Shown in pieces: positions 12,175-31,441 of a stretch of 64,000 bases of DNA (the stretch's first letter is position 1; every line of letters starts with the position of its first letter). Under the pieces are notes generated by a model, which saw nothing but the letters and a program-made list of their open reading frames with translations, searched no databases and was not told the DNA's origin. Both the position numbers and the translations under genes were made by a program. The DNA comes from Tubulanus polymorphus. Its lineage: Eukaryota; Animalia; Nemertea. Where the stretch lies: NCBI RefSeq assembly GCF_964204645.1, contig NC_134034.1, forward strand, positions 13,777,062 to 13,841,061, read 5' to 3'.

Positions 12175-13771
12175 TTCAGAGATATATGCCTTCAAATAAA
12201 TCAAGACAAAGTTTAAAAGATGTATTTATATCGTCACAATTTCCAATCTATTGACGAATAGATTCTCCTTATATTCATCTATATGAATATCAACAAATTT
12301 GTAAGATTTGAAAGATTTCTAATAACAATATGAACAGAAGGAGGAATAATTTTTGAAAAATGTATCATTTATAATTCATTTGCCTCTACTTGAAAAAAGA
12401 AAAACAAATATGTTCCTGTGTTATCTCCGGGGCTCTTATTCCGAAGACTGGTATCAACCGTGGGCTAACTCAATGGAAATTGATTTGATTTAAACCCTAT
12501 GTTTAAGTAAATACCAGGTCTATCAAAATCTGGATTAATTTTATCTATCTTTTAAGCAAAATAGGCAAATTACAGATGATAATCTGGTTACCTCTTTTTG
12601 CGTTGTTGTTGTCCTGGCTTCGATGCTAAACGCGCTTCCCGAGCGAGTACTAACCGTTCACGACAAATGTATTCCGTACATGCTCCCTCCCATCCGGCAG
12701 CGGTGTGGAAGCTGCGTAGCCTAGTAACGAAAATCTGTCGGGTGCGAAGCTTCAACAGCGCGGAGTGAATTTTACCGGTCACTTTCGTTGACGGCAGTGT
12801 TAATCGCCTGGTGTAGTTTTATTACTGCCGATATGTCATTAAAAGCATTTCACGTAATTAACTAAAACGTATAAAAAAGGCGTCGTCGCTCCGCTTATTT
12901 ATTAGCTCTCGGTACCATGGAGATTAGTTCGCGTTCTCGCACTCTTTTTGCGTTTCATTGCTGGGATATAAATGTCGCCGCTGACCTTGGAGCGTCGCTG
13001 ACCTTGGACCGCGAGGTTTACAGTTAAAATTCATTTCAATTTTATGTATTTTCACTGGGACGGCCTTGACCCGAGTATCGAAGTTAGTTAATCCCCGCGG
13101 GATAAAAATCCTTCGAATCTATAGACGCATAAACAGAAGGCGTAATTGGATTGCTTCTCGCTTATAGCATAGACTTAGAAATTTGTATTTTGCAACTTCT
13201 ACAAACGGAAAAAAAGGTTTAAAGAATTATCAATTACCGGTAGTCAAAAAGATCATGATTATCATAGTTGACACAAAGCCAAACGGGCCTAGCATGTAAT
13301 CGCCTGCACTTGGTATAATCCAAAGTTTACAATCAATCTTCGACTAACAGGTAATTATATCTAGTTTGATAGTTAAGGGTAGGAAGAAATCTCATGATTA
13401 GATAGTTGCAAGTACTGTATATCTAGCTGCACGAGATGAGGATCAATCTATGGATTTGTGGTAATAGTAAATCTGCTCACAACCGAGAATCTGAACAATT
13501 GTCTCACGTCTGTTGTTGAAGCTGATTGGGTAAACTGACTGGAGAACGCATCAGAAACGTCTGGCACAACTAGTTTTTTCAGCGGGTGCTGATTCATTCT
13601 GAAAATTTTTCAAATCATCCTTCTTCCATGGCTCGAATCAGCCGCCTATGGCCGTGGAGATGGTAGCGACACATGGCGGATCCTCTTTCGGAATCCAGCG
13701 AGTTCTTGCGTCGAACCAAAGGTTGTCACGTGATCCGGATGGAGCATCCAGGGCCAACTTCAGTTTTCGTA

Positions 13772-13957
13772 GCTAGTCGACTAGTGGTCGGAACTAATAA
13801 CCGAACACACTATAGTTCGGTCGTAGCGTATTTCACAGTGTCGGCCATCTTGAACCTAGGTCCGAACTGTAGCGACCGTGCTCAATTGCGTGGTCGACCA
13901 TTTCCGGACTATAGTCCCGACATTCGGTTTCGTTTAGTTCGACTATTGTCGACTATC
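13772..13957. mobile_element. Degenerate fold-back / MITE-like element
   Basis: Left arm tagtcgac..gaactaa..accgaa..actatagt is mirrored by the right arm actatagt..ttcggt..ttagttcgac..gtcgacta. Confidence 0.45.
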
Positions 13958-15119
13958 TCCGATAACCGAAGGTGGCCCTCGGAAATCGGACAAAAATAGA
14001 GCCCTAAAAACACAACCGACAGACGAACAGTAACTCGACGAATCCTCACTTGCCACTAGTGGAATCCCCGACTGCCGCAGTAGCGTTATCCTTATCAATT
14101 GTAATTGGTTTGAAAATTGATATGAGTTAATTGTTTCATTGTGTGAATGCGAGTAAAGATTTATCAACTTTTCCAATTCACACGGTTTTTATTCAGACAA
14201 TGAACATGCGTCGGGTCGATATGGCGGCGGTGACATCAGGCTGTTATACGTCAATTTTACAAAAAACCAACATTTTTACATCGATTTCATCCGCTAAGAG
14301 TAAAGCTCACACATCTGTCAGCAGCGCGTATAGATCGCTCGTCAAGGGAAAACAATTTTTCCACCTTTTCGAGCGCTGTAAATGTTAAACGCGTGACTAG
14401 TTAAAAAAGAGTTGTGCGCGATCGAAAAAATGTCGTTGTTGTATTATGAATCGTTAACGGTCGATAATCGAGCACTGAAGTATCGTTCAATTCATCTTTC
14501 GAATCGATCTTTCGATGCTGAACGTGTCGCGAAGCTCGTTATTCGGCGAATTAATGGTCAATTAAACCGTTAATTTGTCGTTTGAAACATGTTCAGGTAC
14601 TTATACACGTGTAACGCCGTGTATTGAGCGCGCGCAGCAGCGTCCAACAGTTTTAACCCTTCCAATGAAAATACGAGAGAAATCCCGCAATCAATCAAGC
14701 CAAAGATGAAAAGTTTTATTTCCAGCAATTTTCCGACTAGTATATTAATTGAATACTATAGATCTTTAGCCGAATCCAGAGTTTAGTTCTTGAGTATATG
14801 CATCTTATACGCGGGGATATTGTGTATTTTCTCGACTTCTCAATGAAAACTGCGGATATGTGGCATATAGTCAAATTTATCATGGGTAGAGCCTACATAC
14901 AATGCGGCGTGGAACTTGTTCCACTCAGAGTGGAATAAAATCTACTCAACTCTTCAAGTGGGTCCAAAATCATGATGAAAAACACTGCAGCTGCGAAAAT
15001 GGATCCAGAGTAGAATCAAAACTACACAACTGTGGTGGAGCCACCCACACAACACTGTGTCGTAATATTGGGTACAGAGTCAAATTATACACAAAAACAA
15101 CTGTTGAACTTGATCCTCA

Positions 15120-15230
15120 GTCAAATTAAACCCACACAACTGTGGAACTGCGTGCAGGGTCAAATTAAACCCACACAACTGTGGAACTGGGTCTACAGTT
15201 AAATTAAACCCACACACGTGGAACTGAATG
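15120..15230. repeat. ~40-bp minisatellite (gtcaaattaaacccacacaactgtggaactgggtccaga) of a dispersed family; another array at ~41840-42010
   Basis: Same unit in tandem at both sites, with fragments near 15780, 21570 and 51250. Confidence 0.75.
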
Positions 15231-15630
15231 AACCCACAAAAAATGTGGTCCCTTTACGAACACATATATCGACATTAATGAAGTAAAGTGCCATTCACTA
15301 ATAAAACTTCTGTTTGTGACAGCAGAAACAATACATTTCAATCAAACATTATTGAGAAAAACTAAACCCAAGTGTCTTCGGGGGCTGTTTATAATGTCTT
15401 GAGTGGGCTGATATTGTTTGTAGATTACTCTCCACGCTTAACAATAAGACAGATATATAATAGACAGATGCTGAAGTGATTTTGTTTCTCGATATTAATG
15501 GCATCTGGCTGCACGCGTTTATTTATTTAATAAATCTTGAAGAAGACTCGTCGTCCATTTGTTGGTTTTTATCTAACTCAGTCGCTATTGTTTCTGTCTA
15601 TTGTGTTCGGATTTTAGATAGAAATACAGA

Positions 15631-17288
15631 ATGAAGGTAAGTAGTTCGTTCCACTTTATTCTGCGTCACGAACGACTCGAATCTGATCTCATACCAATCA
15701 TAGGCTCTCGTAATAAGAACTCGAGTAACCTTAGTACTGTACTGTGTGATATTCAAATATAGACCACTGCACTCTGTGGAAGTGGGTTCAGGGTCAAATT
15801 AAACCCGCTAAACTGGGTGCAAAATCATATTAAACCCAATCAACCTTTTTTACCAACTCGCCCCTATACAAATTAGTACAGGGTACAAACACTGATTGAC
15901 AGCACTGCCAATTGTACAGTGTATCGATAGTTCAATAATCAATCTTCTATAACAACACCGAAAACCTTGGACCACAGGTTGGGTAAACTAGCATCGTTAT
16001 AGATCAACCACACCCATCAGCCCTTCTACACTATGTGCTTCTTCGTAATAAAAAACTGATCAATTTTTACAGTTTTTTGCCGTGTTATGTCAGTTTTTGC
16101 TGTTTGTATTCGTCGCTGTTCGGTTTACGGTGGCTGTTATGAACTACACGGATATCGGAGATAGTTTAGCGATTTGCCAGGAGCAATGCGCTGTGTTCGA
16201 CTTGAAGTATCCGAACAACCCGGAATTTCTGAGAAACCGCGACTGTAGGATGGTATGTTCACGACAGATCGAGGTGTCCCAGTGGGGCTACAAACCGACC
16301 AATGAAACATGTAGACGAAATATTAGAAGATGCGTTAAATCAATAGGTAGGCCTCGTATATTGAGGAACCCTCCTTTTTTAATAGTGGCGCCTTACTGTG
16401 ATGCAAAGTTAAATCATGGACTCTAAAACGAATCGTTTTAGAGTCCATGGTTTAATGATGCTTCCCATTCGCATTATTGCCCCTATAACTCTAACCAGGG
16501 AAACCCCTATAACTCTAACCAGGGAAACCCCTGTAACTCTTACCAGGGAAACCCCTATAACTCTAACCAGGGAAACCCCTATAACTCTAACCAGGGAAAC
16601 CCCTATAACTCTAACCAGGGAAACCCCTGTAACTCTTACCAGGGAAACCCCTATAACTCTAACCAGGGAAACCCCTGTAACTCTAACCAGGGAAGTGTCT
16701 AACCATGTATCACTCATCTCTCCCTGGGGAGAGTAAAACCCGATTAGCTGCTAGGCGCTCAGGATCCATATATCAGACCAGGTACCCGCATTTACTCCAG
16801 GACGCTACGGTAATGTATACGTGGGTTCGGACCCACGACCTGGCTTCCCGCGAGTTGAACCCTCTATAACCACACAGCCCAGGGCTGAGCCACACCGCTG
16901 CACAAATTAAAACAAAACATATTTGGCTCCATCATCATTCTACGATATAACAATCTCGTGGTCATCCATTTACTAACATCAAATTTCCTAAAATCATCGT
17001 TTTTCGTCAGTGCTCTTTAATTGTTTTAAATGCAGCGATTTGCGAAGATCCAAGCATCAACATCGATTGTGCTGTTTCAAGTTGTTACATGAAAAACTCA
17101 ACGACAAACGAAACAGGATGCACCGGTAAGCCTCGTCCCCGTGACGTCATAGTTTGTTCACAATCTACCCGCGCACTCGTTCAAACTGTGGCAGGGATTT
17201 TACATTGAATTTCTATTAGATAGAAAAATTATGTTTGCTAATCTTTTTGTAATTTTCAGAACCAATCATTTCGAAACAGCTCCAATGA
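15631..17288 (+). CDS. Secreted 10-Cys protein, paralogue 1 (~132 aa); exons 15631-15636, 16073-16346, 17036-17125, 17260-17288
   Basis: ATGAAG|gtaagt first coding exon, hydrophobic signal (MKFFAVLCQFLLFVFVAVRFTVA), mature region CQEQC-x18-CRMVC-x17-C-x6-C-x6-C-x8-C-x4-C-x11-C; all joins GT-AG and in phase; supported by the paralogue. Confidence 0.8.
16480..16693. repeat. 24-bp minisatellite (cccctataactctaaccagggaaa), ~9 copies, intronic
   Basis: Direct tandem repeat; explains the repetitive ORFs at 16409-16736. Confidence 0.95.
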
Positions 17289-17643
17289 TCAGAGTGACGG
17301 ATAGGCATTCGCCCTACCAGAAAATGGCTGCCCGCGTAGATACCCCCCAAATCTTTACTTCATTACTTATATTTACCATAACTTAGTCACAAAACGATAT
17401 TCAACGCTGTCATTGAAACAAAAGCTAATTGGAAATCGGTTTATCGTCGCTGTAATTCCATCGGTGACGTCATAGGTGGATTCAAGGAAGATAGCATCAT
17501 CAATTTGGAAAATACGATGAGTCTTAAACATGAAAACTTAAAAAGAAAACATTTCATGAAATCTTTCGTTAGTAAGCGGTATAGTATCAAAAAGGAAAAT
17601 TAAGAACGAAAAACTTTGATTCCATTTTCTATTTTTGATTCCA

Positions 17644-18609
17644 GTGATGACGTGTTTTAAGGAGGCGGTGATGACGTGTTTTAAGGAGGCGGCGATGACG
17701 TGTTTTAAGGAGGCGGCGATGACGTGTTTTAAGGAGGCGGCGATGACGTGTTTTAAGGAGGCGGCGATGACGTGTTTTAAGGAGGCGGCGATGACGTGTT
17801 TTAAGGAGGCGGCGATGACGTGTTTTAAGGAGGCGGCGATGACGTGTTTTAAGGAGGCGGCGATGACGTGTTTTAAGGAGGCGGCGATGACGTGTTTTAA
17901 GGAGGCGGCGATGACGTGTTTTAAGGAGGCGGCGATGACGTGTTTTAAGGAGGCGGCGATGACGTGTTTTAAGGAGGCGGCGATGACGTGTTTTAAGGAG
18001 GCGGCGATGACGTGTTTTAAGGAGGCGGCGATGACGTGTTTTAAGGAGGCGGCGATGACGTGTTTTAAGGAGGCGGCGATGACGTGTTTTAAGGAGGCGG
18101 CGATGACGTGTTTTAAGGAGGCGGCGATGACGTGTTTTAAGGAGGCGGCGATGACGTGTTTTAAGGAGGCGGCGATGACGTGTTTTAAGGAGGCGGCGAT
18201 GACGTGTTTTAAGGAGGCGGCGATGACGTGTTTTAAGGAGGCGGTGATGACGTGTTTTAAGGAGGCGGTGATGACGTGTTTTAAGGAGGCGGCGATGACG
18301 TGTTTTAAGGAGGCGGCGATGACGTGTTTTAAGGAGGCGGCGATGACGTGTTTTAAGGAGGCGGCGATGACGTGTTTTAAGGAGGCGGCGATGACGTGTT
18401 TTAAGGAGGCGGCGATGACGTGTTTTAAGGAGGCGGTGATGACGTGTTTTAAGGAGGCGGTGATGACGTGTTTTAAGGAGGCGGTGATGACGTGTTTTAA
18501 GGAGGCGGTGATGACGTGTTTTAAGGAGGCGGTGATGACGTGTTTTAAGGAGGCGGTGATGACGTGTTTTAAGGAGGCGGTGATGACGTGTTTTAAGGAG
18601 GCGGTGATG
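17644..18609. repeat. 24-bp satellite (atgacgtgttttaaggaggcggyg), ~40 copies
   Basis: Near-perfect tandem array with one C/T variable position occurring in blocks. Confidence 0.97.
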
Positions 18610-19369
18610 CTAGTGCTGAATCATACACAGCTTCTGTGCTGAGGTGTGGTGCCGTCGTTCCCTTGCCAAAAACGGGGATCTGGACAATGATGACCAACTA
18701 TACTGAGTGTTATCGCTCAATGTCAGTAACAGCGACGGTCTGACAATAAAATCTCTTGTCGCGTTGACGCAATCCTGCGGAAATAATAAGATTTTCATGC
18801 CACCCGATCACACTCTCTTTTACAAATCAGTCCTTCATCCTCTATTTTTAATGTATAAGCTGTTTTTTCATTAATTCTGTAGAGATTTCATATCAAAGCA
18901 TATATCATATATCATATATCATATATCATATATCGATGATAATTTATTCATTCGTTTGTCGAAGATAAAAATTTCTTAGCGAGAAATAATATACGCATGA
19001 AATTCAAATAATGTGATCGCTTCGTCTCCAAAGAGTCTCCTTAATCCCACTTCAAAAAGCCCTCCAAATCGATTCGCGAGATAATCAATTCGTAAAAGCG
19101 AGTCGAGTGTGGGCCAATTTGAAACTTATTTTTTTCTATAGAAACAAATTGATATAATTATGTCTACGCGCGAGTGTGCAATAAAGGATATATCCGAATA
19201 TTCTGTCGATTGCGACCATCTGGCGTTCAGCTAATTGAAAGTATATTTATACAAACCACGCGTCGCGTCGCCGTCACAATTATTCAAAAACTATACTCGA
19301 AAAGTTACTCGCCGAGACTAATATATCTATAATACACAAACAGCGCGGTAAAAAAAACCTTGGACCCAG

Positions 19370-22073
19370 ATGAAGGTAAGCCATTTACTTGGATATTATA
19401 AACACAGAGGTAATGGATGGTGATGATATCATTTATTTTCATAAGGTAGAACTACAAAAATAATCGCCGCGATTTAAATCACTTGAGAAAATAAAATTCA
19501 TGTTTTTTTTCTAAACGAACCACAAAAATTCAGTAGACCTAACCCGCGTCGGACCCGATCAACTCTGATAACGGGTCAACTCAGATGTTCGCTCAAATAA
19601 TTTTACGACACTATTTATGAAATACATAAAATCCAACTGTGATATCACTCATCAAGTTGGACACATTTTTACGCATAAAAAAGATCCGACTTCACCGCGG
19701 AGTCCACTGTGATTGAATTAAGCCAATTCTATGAATACAATTTTAAGTTCGGATTTAAAACAACGTCACTTAATGAACGAGGAATGGAATTCAATCGACC
19801 AGGTGCATGAAATATAAAAGTCTCCAGCCACAAACGAGTTTAGGAGTCTGATGTAATCTTGAAGCGCTAATCGAAGAGATCCTGTATAAATGGGTGCGTC
19901 TATATAGTTTTTACCGATCTTCAACTCATGTAAACTTTGAATAATAATAATTTCAACTTTCAACAAGGCGAGAGCGTTTTCTGTTCAATCGAATTCGATA
20001 GACATTTTTTTTAGAAAGATGGTTGTTTTCAAATTTTAAAATAAGGAATTTTCACTCTTAGCTTTTAGGTTTTAATTTGATTTCACTCGGTCCATTGACC
20101 CACCACCAACAGGTAACGAAACAGAGGATTGAGTTTTGAAATCGAAGTTACATGATTTGTATTAGATAATAACATAAAGCACATGATTGGAATTTACGAC
20201 GGTTTCTGGATTAGCCACATGGAACTGCGACCCTTATTATGAAAATATTACTCTCACCATGGTTTTCAGGTAACTCTATATGAAAATCTGACCACGTATG
20301 GCGCACCCTATACATCCCAAGACTTACCAACGAAAAATGTTCATGGGGTCAGATTCTAAGTCTTCTGCTGTGTATTATGTCGATAAGTCTAATCATAATA
20401 CCATCGGAACCATCTGTCAATAAATGTTAAATGTAAATATCGCATATTTGCGAAGGAATCAACTGGATAATATGGCACTGCTTGGATTATAAAAAAAACG
20501 CACATATAGGTGTGCCTACCACCATAGAGCGAGTAAATGCGGGCTAATGATTATCAGTGTCCGCTCAAAATTAACCATCTAATTCCTCTAGAACGGTTTT
20601 GAAAATAATTTCTGGGGCCGAAAGGGGACGATTAAGAGAAGTGACAGTGAAATTACGTCTCACCGGGGTCGAACCCGGGTATTGTACGTGGACAGCAAGA
20701 GTGCTAGCCAGTAGACCAATAGAACTCCACTTGGCCTGTGGTTGTCCTGTATGCGCAACACCATCTTGCTTCTTGTAAAGGCAAGTGATCAAAATTAGAT
20801 TTCCTCTCGACGCACGAGCAAACAGCTGATCTACCGTTTATTTCGCATCGATTCGCTCAGAAACATGTTTGCACATTGTATCATATGATATCTACTAGTT
20901 TACTCAAACTATTTATCACATGCTCACAAAGTGTTTGAGCCGATCGCTGGAGACAATCTCACGCACAAGTTTTTGAAGAGATAAGTTGTGAAGTTTTCTC
21001 TACTTTTCAACCTTAAGTTTTTCTCAGTATATGCGTAATCATAACTGCAGCAGCATCGAAAGAGAAAACCGCGGTGTCGGATTGGACATGCGTCCGTCTG
21101 GTACCGTGATAACCTATCACGCGTTTTCCGTGAAATACATTTAAACTTAAACTTGAACCATTAACTTCAACCGCTGCGCGAACAGGACAAACACTGGACA
21201 GATAAAAAGATTTTATCTTGATTTCAGATGGCAGCCATGTCGTTAACGGTCGCGTTCCTAATGATGACCGTTCTGTACTCGTCCGCTCTCGATACGTATG
21301 AAGGCATCACTGAAGCCAACATGAATACATGCGGCAACACGTGCTCTGATTCGGATATTCAAACGGATTTGCACGAAAATTCACAAAAAAATCGCGACTG
21401 TCGTTCATTGTGTCACCAAATTTTACTATTTTCTGAAAACGAAATCGTCGTTAAGGCTGTTTGCAATTACAGCTTGAATAAATGTTCCGTTTCGCTTGGT
21501 AAGTAAAGAGAAAATCATTAAAGATGGATTCTAATGAAGCACAACAGTAGAATCAATGAACCCGGTGTCAAATAAACCCACACAACTTTAGAAAAACTAA
21601 ACATCTAGCTTTAAATCAAATTCAAAAATGATTTTTAGAAAAGTGCTTATTTTTGTCCAGGTTTTGTTGCCTTTTGGTCATTTTCATTCCATTCATTAGA
21701 ATTCAACTTCTAAACACAAACAAGCTTCGTGAATTCGTCAAACTAACATCGATTTTTTCACATTTTATGCATTTTCTAATTTTTCAGAACTATGTAATAA
21801 TTGTCCTCGTGAGAACTGTAGAGTCACCGACTTCCGGAAAAACACTACGAATTGTAACGACGAGGTGAGTTCAAAAAGTTTCAATCACCAAACTGTGATT
21901 ACTTGGAGAAGTCAAACATTTAACAGTAGTTCCCATATAATTCTCTATTCTATTCCTGAGTTCTGTAGCCGCGCCCTTGATATTCAATATCGAGACAGAT
22001 AAAAATATACCAGAAATGAGACGAAAACAACGTTGGTTTTTTGTTCTCTATTTAGATGCACGATGACGCCTGA
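19370..22073 (+). CDS. Secreted 10-Cys protein, paralogue 2 (~123 aa); exons 19370-19375, 21228-21498, 21788-21864, 22056-22073
   Basis: Same ATGAAG|gtaag first exon, signal peptide MKMAAMSLTVAFLMMTVLYSSA, mature region CGNTC-x18-CRSLC-x16-C-x6-C-x6-C-x2-C-x4-C-x11-C; shares NRDCR and the phase-1 second intron with paralogue 1. Confidence 0.8.
20656..20725 (-). pseudogene. Degenerate tRNA (Asp-like) or tRNA-derived SINE head
   Basis: Minus strand has an A-box-like TGGTCTACTGG and T-arm CCGGGTTCGACCCCGG at tRNA spacing, but acceptor and anticodon stems pair poorly. Confidence 0.5.
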
Positions 22074-22289
22074 ACAACGACTGATGAATTATTCAAACGA
22101 TATAGAAGAAACGGACATCATCCTGAATCTCAAATTTACACGTGATAAAACTCAAAGACATTAAATTCATTCATTCACTGCATCTTTTTCATTCGCTTTG
22201 ATTTTTCTGCCAGAAAAACTTTCTAGAATCGTTTTGTGAATCAAACAAAAAGAAGCAAATATTCAGTACAAGAGTTTGATAAATCTAGG

Positions 22290-23041
22290 CTCTGTCTCTT
22301 ACTGCGGCAAAGTTAAGACTGGTAAAATTCTACCCCGAGTTAGTGTCAAATACTGAGTAAGAGTTTATGAAATACAGTAGACTCTGTCTCTTACTGCGGT
22401 AAAGTTGAAACTGGTAAAATTCTACCCCGAGTTGGGGTCAAATACTGAGTAAGAGTTTGTGAAATACAGTAGACTCTGTCTCTTACTGTGGCAAAGTTAA
22501 GACTGGTAAAATTCTACCCCGAGTTAGTGTCAAATACTGAGTAAGAGTTTATGAAATACAGTAGACTCTGTCTCTTACTGCGGTAAAGTTGAAACTGGTA
22601 AAATTCTACCCCGAGTTGGGGTCAAATACTGAGTAAGAGTTTGTGAAATACAGTAGACTCTGTCTCTTACTGTGGCAAAGTTAAGACTGGTAAAATTCTA
22701 CCCCGAGTTAGTGTCAAATACTGAGTAAGAGTTTATGAAATACAGTAGACTCTGTCTCTTACTGCGGTAAAGTTGAAACTGGTAAAATTCTACCCCGAGT
22801 TGGGGTCAAATACTGAGTAAGAGTTTGTGAAATACAGTAGACTCTGTCTCTTACTGCGGTAAAGTTGAGACTGGTAAAATTCTACCCCGAGTTGGTGTCA
22901 AATACTGAGTAAGAGTTTGTGAAATACAGTAGACTCTGTCTCTTACTGCGGTAAAGTTGAGACTGGTTAAATTCTACCCCGAGTTGGTGTCAAATACTGA
23001 GTAAGAGTTTGTGAAATACAGTAGACTCTGTCTCTTACTGT
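22290..23041. repeat. 92-bp tandem repeat, ~8 copies, with higher-order variant structure
   Basis: ctctgtctcttactg recurs every 92 bp (22290, 22382, 22474 ... 23026). Confidence 0.95.
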
Positions 23042-23609
23042 GAAATACTAAGACAGCGGTATTCTAAACGCTTTTTAGTTAATCATTTTCACCCATATAT
23101 TTTCCGTATTACTACACGAGAACAAGATAAAATATATTTTTTATTCAAATCTTTTTATCATAGAATGAAACTAGATATTAAACTAGGGTACCGGATACTA
23201 GGATGAACAGCGAAACGAACCTGTCGTTCGGATCTGGTTACCGGTAAATCCGTTCATCCGGTCCGCTTTTATTTCTAGTTGTATATGTACATGTACATAC
23301 ACTGTAGAGGAATATTCACGATATATGATCCGGTTTTCTCTTAAATCCGCCGAAATTCATACATTTTCATCTATCATCATAATCGTCACAATGAAATATT
23401 ACTAATGACGACCTCTCATCCTCAGTAAAATTCAGTAAAATTATGATTAGTTACTAATGGCGACCTCTCATTCTCAATGATTCAGTAAAATTATGATTAG
23501 TTACTAATGACGACCTAATTCTCAATGACTCTTGATGGACCGCGCCCCATCACAAACACCTCCTCATTCTAAATCATGCCATTTTAGAAAATTGAATATT
23601 TTTCAGCAC

Positions 23610-27149
<3,540 letters not shown>

Positions 27150-27334
27150 TGATCGTTTTACGATTAGTTTCTGGGCGTGAGACGTCAGCTGTTTTATCAG
27201 GCGATTTAAAAGCCTACAAGGATCAAAGTCCTCCAGCACGAATTGAAATACGTGGATTGATTTTTCGCAAGAGGTTCGAGTCCTGGCTCAGGGAACAGCC
27301 TATAATCTCGGCGTCCCTTCAGGATTTTAGAGAA

Positions 27335-27590
27335 TGGGTCCCAAGTGCCTCAGGATTTTAGAGACCTGGTCCTATGTCCCTCGGGATTTTAGAGACCGGG
27401 TGGTCCTATATGTGCCTCGGGATTTTAGTGACCGGATCCTATGTCCCTCGGGATTCTAGAGACCGGGTGGTCCTATATGTGCCTCGGGATTTTAGTGACC
27501 GGATCCTATGTCCCTCGGGATTCTAGAGACCGGGTGGTCCTATATGTGCCTCGGGATTTTAGTGACCGGATCCTATGTGCCTCGGGATTT
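27335..27590. repeat. ~30-35-bp minisatellite (ggtcctatgtscctcgggattytagwgacc) upstream of pip copy A; short 23-bp (~27737-27805) and 20-bp (~28182-28270) tandem repeats nearby
   Basis: Tandem units read directly, with alternating variants. Confidence 0.85.
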
Positions 27591-28353
27591 TAAAGTAGCG
27601 AAGCTCGGTAAAGTTTGGTCCGTAAATATTTTATCAAGTTGAGAATCATGGAAACTCGGTTTATACGTCGTCACGTCACGTGTCTCCCACTGAGATGGAG
27701 TTGCGAAACATGATCGCTAACCGTGGTGTCCTCAGTCTACAAGGGGGTGACCATTCTACCTACAAGGGGGTGACCATTCTACCTACAAGGGGGTGACCAT
27801 TCTACTCCTTTTCCCTAGAAATTGAACATCCAAAACATATATACGGTAAAACTATATACGGTAAAAAAAAATTTCGCTTTTATTTCTTAATTTTTCACAT
27901 TATATGTATATATATATGTATATATATATGTTTACATGTACTGAGTACACGGGAATAAATAAAATACAGATATTATTTTTTCATTTTTCCATTTATAGAA
28001 TAAATTTAGCTTAGTTTATAGAGTCACAGTGAAACCAGACGCGTTTCACAAACAAAAACAGGATGAATATCTTAAAGATGTTCATAATCAACCATCAAAT
28101 ATGATAGAATTAAGTTAAGTCACTTCAGAGACTGAGCCAATCTTAATGAGTAAAACGATTCGATAAAAAGAGAATTTGATAACTCCAATACACTCTCAAT
28201 GACTCCAATACACTCTCAATGACTCCAATACACTCTCAATGACTCCAATGGACTATCGTTGACTCCAATAGACTCTTGATGGACCGCGCCCCATCACAAA
28301 CACCTCCTCATTCTAAATCATGCCATTTTAGAAAATTGAATATTTTTCAGCAC

Positions 28354-31441
<3,088 letters not shown>

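Noticed and set aside
12592-12693. In-frame TGA in MGGSMYGIHLS*TVSTRSG..., suggesting selenocysteine or readthrough upstream of the orphan gene
   Set aside because: No redox motif or SECIS identified; more simply a 5'UTR exon with a uORF, with the start at 12174.
14131-14388. 85-aa ORF following a possible splice acceptor
   Set aside because: No recognisable motifs and no partner exons found.
16409-16736. Repetitive ORFs (SLVRVIGV / ITLTRETP)
   Set aside because: Intronic 24-bp minisatellite within Cys-rich paralogue 1.
17635-18642. 335-aa ORF of MTCFKEAA repeats
   Set aside because: By-product of a stop-free 24-bp satellite; no ATG-initiated unique sequence, no synonymous variation.
22290-23041. 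CRISPR-like regular array
   Set aside because: No unique spacers; whole units repeat; eukaryotic context and no cas genes.
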